Origin: a virus
IMG/VR virus record: IMGVR_UViG_3300039454_000299
Span: 1-45,805 of that record
Reading direction: 5' to 3' (one strand)
Length of the DNA: 45,805 bases
This document shows, piece by piece, positions 41,976 to 45,805 of the stretch. The number at the start of each line of letters is the position of its first letter. Positions within the stretch are counted from its first letter, which is position 1. The position numbers were made by a program, and so were the translations under genes. The notes under the pieces are model-generated. The model was not told where the DNA came from. It saw only the letters and a list, made by a program, of their open reading frames with translations, and did no database searches.

Positions 41976-42331
41976 GCCTCGCCCTGTTCACCGAGACGCA
42001 CCGGTGCAACTGGTGCTCGCGAGAGAGGCCCCGCCACCGGGTCCATCAGCTGCGCGGCCATTCGGGCATTATTTGCGAATACTGCCTGGAGTGGCATCTA
42101 CACGCGCTCGATTTTTTGGGAGGCGCGCTGCCCAACGGGTGCCAGGGCTGTGATGCCACGCGCGCCGAGCTCGCCGAGCGGCATCCGCTCGAGATGGCCG
42201 TCCGCATGTATGTGGTGCCCAAGGACGGCATTCTGCAGATGCTCTGCGGCGACTGCGCCGGTCCGTATATCGGCAAGCGCAGCGACCTCTACCGGGGCAC
42301 CCAGTTCGGACACAACCAACTTCATTTATGA
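41972..42331 (+). CDS. Cys-rich zinc-finger protein (119 aa) inside the head module.
   Basis: Four CxxC pairs (CNWC, CEYC, CQGC, CGDC). The TTG start overlaps the upstream stop. Confidence 0.55.
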   Translation: MSLALFTETHRCNWCSRERPRHRVHQLRGHSGIICEYCLEWHLHALDFLGGALPNGCQGCDATRAELAERHPLEMAVRMYVVPKDGILQMLCGDCAGPYIGKRSDLYRGTQFGHNQLHL

Positions 42332-43131
42332 ACGGAACCGAAATCACACCCAATCCGGGTAGTGAAGATCAGGCGCAGCCATCCGTAGACGTGGCCGCGC
42401 TCCAAAAAGAGCTGGACACGCTCAAATCGCAGGCCGCCGAGGCCCAAAAAGCCACGCAGTTCTGGTACGAGAAAGCTACCGCCGCGGGCGGCGGCAAAGG
42501 CGCCGATAAGGCGGCGGACAAGCCCGCGGAGAGCGACGAAGAGGTGGATGTGCTCGATCTCGCCGCCAAGGGCGGCAAAGAGTTCGACAAATACCTCAAC
42601 AAGTGGGCCCGCAAAAACGGCTATGTTTCGCGGGACGAGGTGGAGTCCACGGTCAACACCAAGGCGGCCACTCTCGCCAAAGAGAGCGAACTGCTCGAGA
42701 ACTTCCCCGACCTGAAGGACCGCAAGTCGGAATTCTTCAAAGCGACGGCGGAGGCCTATGGCGAACTGAAGCGTAACGGGGTGCCGGAGACGATGGCGAT
42801 GGAACTGGCGGCCAAGCAGGTGGACCGGGACTGGCTGCGCTCGGGCAAGGCGAAAACGCCGCAGCAGCAGAGCGAAGAGCGCAAGGCGCAGCGGGAGCAG
42901 GATCGGCTGGCGCGGATTCAGGCGCAGGGCAGCGACCGCGGCGGACGGCGCGCGGCCGATCTCGACGACGAAGACGACGATTCCATATCGCCTGAAGAGC
43001 AGCGCATCATCTCGGGGATGCTGGTGGGCCAGCCGGGCAAGGACGGCAAGCCGATGAGCTACGAGCAGGCGGTTGAGGCGTTCAAAGCGCGCGCCAAAGC
43101 GGGCGTGAAAGTCAGCAGGAGGAGCCGGTAA
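42328..43131 (+). CDS. Scaffolding-like protein (267 aa).
   Basis: Highly charged, helical, Ala/Glu/Lys/Asp-rich. Lies between the portal and capsid genes. ATGA overlap upstream. Confidence 0.5.
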   Translation: MNGTEITPNPGSEDQAQPSVDVAALQKELDTLKSQAAEAQKATQFWYEKATAAGGGKGADKAADKPAESDEEVDVLDLAAKGGKEFDKYLNKWARKNGYVSRDEVESTVNTKAATLAKESELLENFPDLKDRKSEFFKATAEAYGELKRNGVPETMAMELAAKQVDRDWLRSGKAKTPQQQSEERKAQREQDRLARIQAQGSDRGGRRAADLDDEDDDSISPEEQRIISGMLVGQPGKDGKPMSYEQAVEAFKARAKAGVKVSRRSR

Positions 43132-44060
43132 TGGCGATCAATAAAACAAGGCGGCCGGCACCGGCGGCAGATCCGGTGCAGGCCGCCAACGAGCAGGTAC
43201 TCAAGATGCGCGAGGAGCGCATCCTCAATTCTATTCCCGAGCCCGTGGATCTGGGCCTGGACCTGAAAGACAAAGAGCCGGCGGGGAATGCGGCCGAGTT
43301 CATCGACGAGTGGGACCGCAAGGCCTTCGGGGATCCGGTAGCCACGATTACGCGCGTGGTCTACGGGCCCGATCCGCTGGTCGATTCCAATCCGCATATG
43401 CGGCTGATGCTCGAAAGGCACGGCCTGGTGGACTATGCCGCGGCCACCTTCGACGCGGTGATGACCAAGGGCGCGGGCGCGTTTCAGGACGAGATGCTGA
43501 AGCGGGGCGCGCGGGCGGCGATCGCGCGCTTCGGCAAAGAGGCCTTTGCCAACGCGCTGCGCGAGCGCATTCTGAAGATCCCGTGCCGTACGGTGGAGAT
43601 CGACAGTTCCGATACGCTCGATCCGATGATTATGGGAGGCAACGTGCTGCGCGATACGGTGCAGCGGTACGAGCGTCCGGGATTCGCCTACAAGTTCCTG
43701 AGCGAGCGCTGCATGGATACGCTCGGGATGCGGGGCTATACGCTCGTGACCGATCCGCACACGGGAGACAAGGTGAAGGCGGGAACGCTCTATCTGGGCG
43801 AGATCCGGCAGGAGATCGCGGATGCGCGGCGGGAGCGGTTCGCGGCCGAATCGGAGACCGAAGTCCGGGAGATCGAAGAGGCCTACCGCGAGAGCCTGGC
43901 GCGGGAGATTCCGCGCGGCATGCGCGGCGGGATCGCGCCTCTGGGCGCGGGCGACCAGATCACCGCCAACGCTACCGAGACGGAGGGCTGGGTGGGCGAG
44001 ACCCGCTCGGCGGGCGTGCGGATCGAGCGCCAGCAGCGCGTCGAGCAGCGCGTAGGCTGA
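43131..44060 (+). CDS. Hypothetical head-module protein (309 aa).
   Basis: TAATG overlap with the scaffold-like gene. No motif recognised. Confidence 0.6.
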   Translation: MAINKTRRPAPAADPVQAANEQVLKMREERILNSIPEPVDLGLDLKDKEPAGNAAEFIDEWDRKAFGDPVATITRVVYGPDPLVDSNPHMRLMLERHGLVDYAAATFDAVMTKGAGAFQDEMLKRGARAAIARFGKEAFANALRERILKIPCRTVEIDSSDTLDPMIMGGNVLRDTVQRYERPGFAYKFLSERCMDTLGMRGYTLVTDPHTGDKVKAGTLYLGEIRQEIADARRERFAAESETEVREIEEAYRESLAREIPRGMRGGIAPLGAGDQITANATETEGWVGETRSAGVRIERQQRVEQRVG

Positions 44061-44062
44061 AG

Positions 44063-44458
44063 CTAACGGTGGCTGCCGCCCGCGGCCTGTCCCTGCTGCG
44101 TGTTGCTTCTCGATTGCGCGGCTCCGGTCGAACGCTGGGCGGTGGCCACCGGCTTTCTTTTGGCGGTATTCGCAGAGCCGGACTTGGACTTCTGAGCGCG
44201 GTTCGGCTGCTGGCTCCGGTTCTGCTGCTGGGTGCGGTTCTGCTGCTGCGGCGTCCGGTTCTGCCGGCCGCTGCCGTAGCTTGTTCCGAGGAACTGGCGG
44301 CGCCACTGCACCAGCGACTCCTCGAGCTCGCCCATGCGATCGGTGATGCCGGGCATGGCGAGGACGAGCGTGCGCATGCTGCGCCCGTCGACCACCTCGA
44401 TATGCACCTCCTCGGGAGCTGTTCCCCGTTGCGTGTTGCTGCTGTGATTAGTCGGCAT
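44063..44458 (-). CDS. Reverse-strand gene inside the head module (131 aa from ATG 44458): a small N-domain plus a Gln/Asn/Arg-rich tail.
   Basis: Third-position GC is high on the - strand. The + strand ORF 43310..44512 over this interval is an Arg/Gly-rich shadow. Its stop lies 2 nt from the stop of the convergent + gene. Confidence 0.6.
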   Translation of the reverse strand: MPTNHSSNTQRGTAPEEVHIEVVDGRSMRTLVLAMPGITDRMGELEESLVQWRRQFLGTSYGSGRQNRTPQQQNRTQQQNRSQQPNRAQKSKSGSANTAKRKPVATAQRSTGAAQSRSNTQQGQAAGGSHR

Positions 44459-44502
44459 GTTCACATCTTAGACCCGGGCGGAGCACTTTTTCACCCAAGC
44501 TG

Positions 44503-44508
44503 TCGAAT
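44503..44508 (+). promoter_or_regulatory. TCGAAT (-10-like) in GCTGTCGAATAT, restarting + strand expression after the reverse gene.
   Basis: Intergenic, 35 nt upstream of GTG 44543, which has its own GGAGGGG Shine-Dalgarno. Confidence 0.35.
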
Positions 44509-44542
44509 ATAGGCGCAGGACCCGTGGAGGGGTAAAGACTCA

Positions 44543-45112
44543 GTGGCAAATCAGAATTCTCCTTTCGGCTTCCGTCCTGTGATCCGGCTCGGCGGCGCGC
44601 CGTGGGCCACGCAGGAATACGGGAAGCCTGCTAGCGACGCAAACGCGATCTTCATGTTCGACGCGGTGAAGAAAGTCACCGGGGCCGTGACGCTCGCCGA
44701 ATCACCGACCGGCTACAATCTGCCGACCATCCAGACCGGATACCAGGGAACACCGGGAACCACGTTGTGGCAGGGTGTGAGCCTCAACTACGGCGCGGCT
44801 TCGACCGCCACCCCGCACATGGTGACCGACGAGATCGACGTAATCTACATCGGCCAGGCCAAGACCGGGACCAGTATCGCGACCGGCTCGCATATCGGCA
44901 AGAACGCCAATATTTCACTAACGACGGCCGGCTCGACCACCACAAGGCAGAGCGGGATGAGCGTAGACGGCGCGACCATCGCGACCACCGCCACGCTCGA
45001 TCTGCGCATCAGCCGCGTGGCTATGATCTCGCCCAACGCGGAGGGCGATTCCGCGATTTTAGAAGTTTTGATCAACAAGCACGAACTCGGCCAGCAGACC
45101 GCAGGCGTGTAA
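44543..45112 (+). CDS. Head decoration/cement-like protein candidate (189 aa).
   Basis: Immediately upstream of the capsid gene. Beta-rich and Gly/Thr/Ala-rich. The assignment is based on position only. Confidence 0.5.
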   Translation: MANQNSPFGFRPVIRLGGAPWATQEYGKPASDANAIFMFDAVKKVTGAVTLAESPTGYNLPTIQTGYQGTPGTTLWQGVSLNYGAASTATPHMVTDEIDVIYIGQAKTGTSIATGSHIGKNANISLTTAGSTTTRQSGMSVDGATIATTATLDLRISRVAMISPNAEGDSAILEVLINKHELGQQTAGV

Positions 45113-45127
45113 GGAGGACAAGGGACA

Positions 45128-45805
45128 ATGTTTGTAAGAACGATTCTTCCCGACCTCTATCTGCAGAGCATGCTGCCTGCGATCGACGAGGTCGTCATGA
45201 CGAAGTACTCGAGATTTCCGCAAGAGTTTTCGGAAGTCTTCCGCATGGAGACGAGCTCCCGTTCCATCGAGCAGACCACCGAAGTGACCGGCTTCGGACA
45301 GTTCGCGCTGGTGCCCGAAAACGACACCACGCGCTACGACGATCCGCTGCCGGGCTTCAACAAGACCTACGTGCATGCCCAGTATTCGCTGGGCTTCAAG
45401 GTCTCGCGCGTGGCGGTGGACGATGACAAGTTCGGGGTAGTGCGCAAGCTCGCAACCGAACTGGGGCGCAGCGCCTACGAAACGCAGGAAGTGGTTGCCG
45501 CCTCGATCTTCAATACCGGCTTCACCACCGGCACCGGCCCGGACGGCGTATCGCTGTTCAATACGGCCCATCCGCTGGTGGGCGGGGGCACGCAGACCAA
45601 CCGGCTCTCCTATGCCACCGATCCCGACGTGACCAGCATTCAGCTGGCGCTGACGGATATGCGGCAGACGGTCGATCACCGCGGCAAAAAGCTGCGCATC
45701 CCGACCAAGAAGATGATCGTTCCTCCGGCTCTCGAATTTGTAGCGGCCGAGCTTTTGGGCGGAACCGACCGGGCCGACACGGCCAACCGGACGATCAACG
45801 CGTTC
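45128..45805 (+). CDS. Major capsid protein, 5' part. Open at the window end; continues at 148..390 in circular coordinates.
   Basis: AAGGAGG lies 10 nt upstream of ATG 45128. No stop occurs before the window end, so the ORF is absent from the track. It is in frame with 1..390 through the 147-bp overlap. Confidence 0.7.
   Translation, partial: MFVRTILPDLYLQSMLPAIDEVVMTKYSRFPQEFSEVFRMETSSRSIEQTTEVTGFGQFALVPENDTTRYDDPLPGFNKTYVHAQYSLGFKVSRVAVDDDKFGVVRKLATELGRSAYETQEVVAASIFNTGFTTGTGPDGVSLFNTAHPLVGGGTQTNRLSYATDPDVTSIQLALTDMRQTVDHRGKKLRIPTKKMIVPPALEFVAAELLGGTDRADTANRTINAF
45659..45805. repeat. Right copy of the 147-bp terminal direct repeat, identical to 1..147.
   Basis: Same comparison as the left copy. 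The repeat lies inside the capsid coding sequence. Confidence 0.95.

Overview
The window is one complete, self-closing replicon. Its first 147 bp are identical to its last 147 bp, so the unique length is 45,658 bp. It reads as a GC-rich tailed dsDNA phage genome with a short-tailed (podovirus-like) layout. I found no tape measure, tail tube or sheath genes.

Gene order on the + strand:
- Early and regulatory genes, then a sigma-70-family factor (36739..37365).
- Large terminase (37624..39264) and portal (39416..41575).
- Scaffold-like gene, a decoration-like gene, and the major capsid gene, which is split across the window ends (45128..45805 plus 1..390).
- Small virion proteins, fibre-like proteins, and adaptor-like paralogs.
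- A beta-helix tailspike (6179..8599), a 1,414-aa nozzle-like protein with tandem domain repeats, and a tail fibre.
- A GNAT acetyltransferase, then internal (ejection-type) proteins ending in a 2,249-aa polyvalent protein with two ParB-like domains.

Positions 24.1-36.3 kb are a mosaic, two-strand accessory and early region. It contains:
- a HicAB toxin-antitoxin pair;
- an operator-rich divergent switch;
- a small serine recombinase with adjacent direct repeats;
- a Nudix hydrolase;
- a Rep-like gene next to a ~1-kb ORF-poor, iteron-bearing region;
- an Xis-type double-HTH protein;
- three 38-nt structured repeats;
- two tandem LuxR/GerE-type HTH genes.

I recognised no tRNA, rRNA, cas genes, DNA polymerase, tyrosine integrase or endolysin.

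Many long arginine-rich ORFs in the track are off-frame or antisense shadows of real genes in GC-rich DNA, and I discarded them. All family assignments come from reading motifs by eye. No database search or HMM was run.
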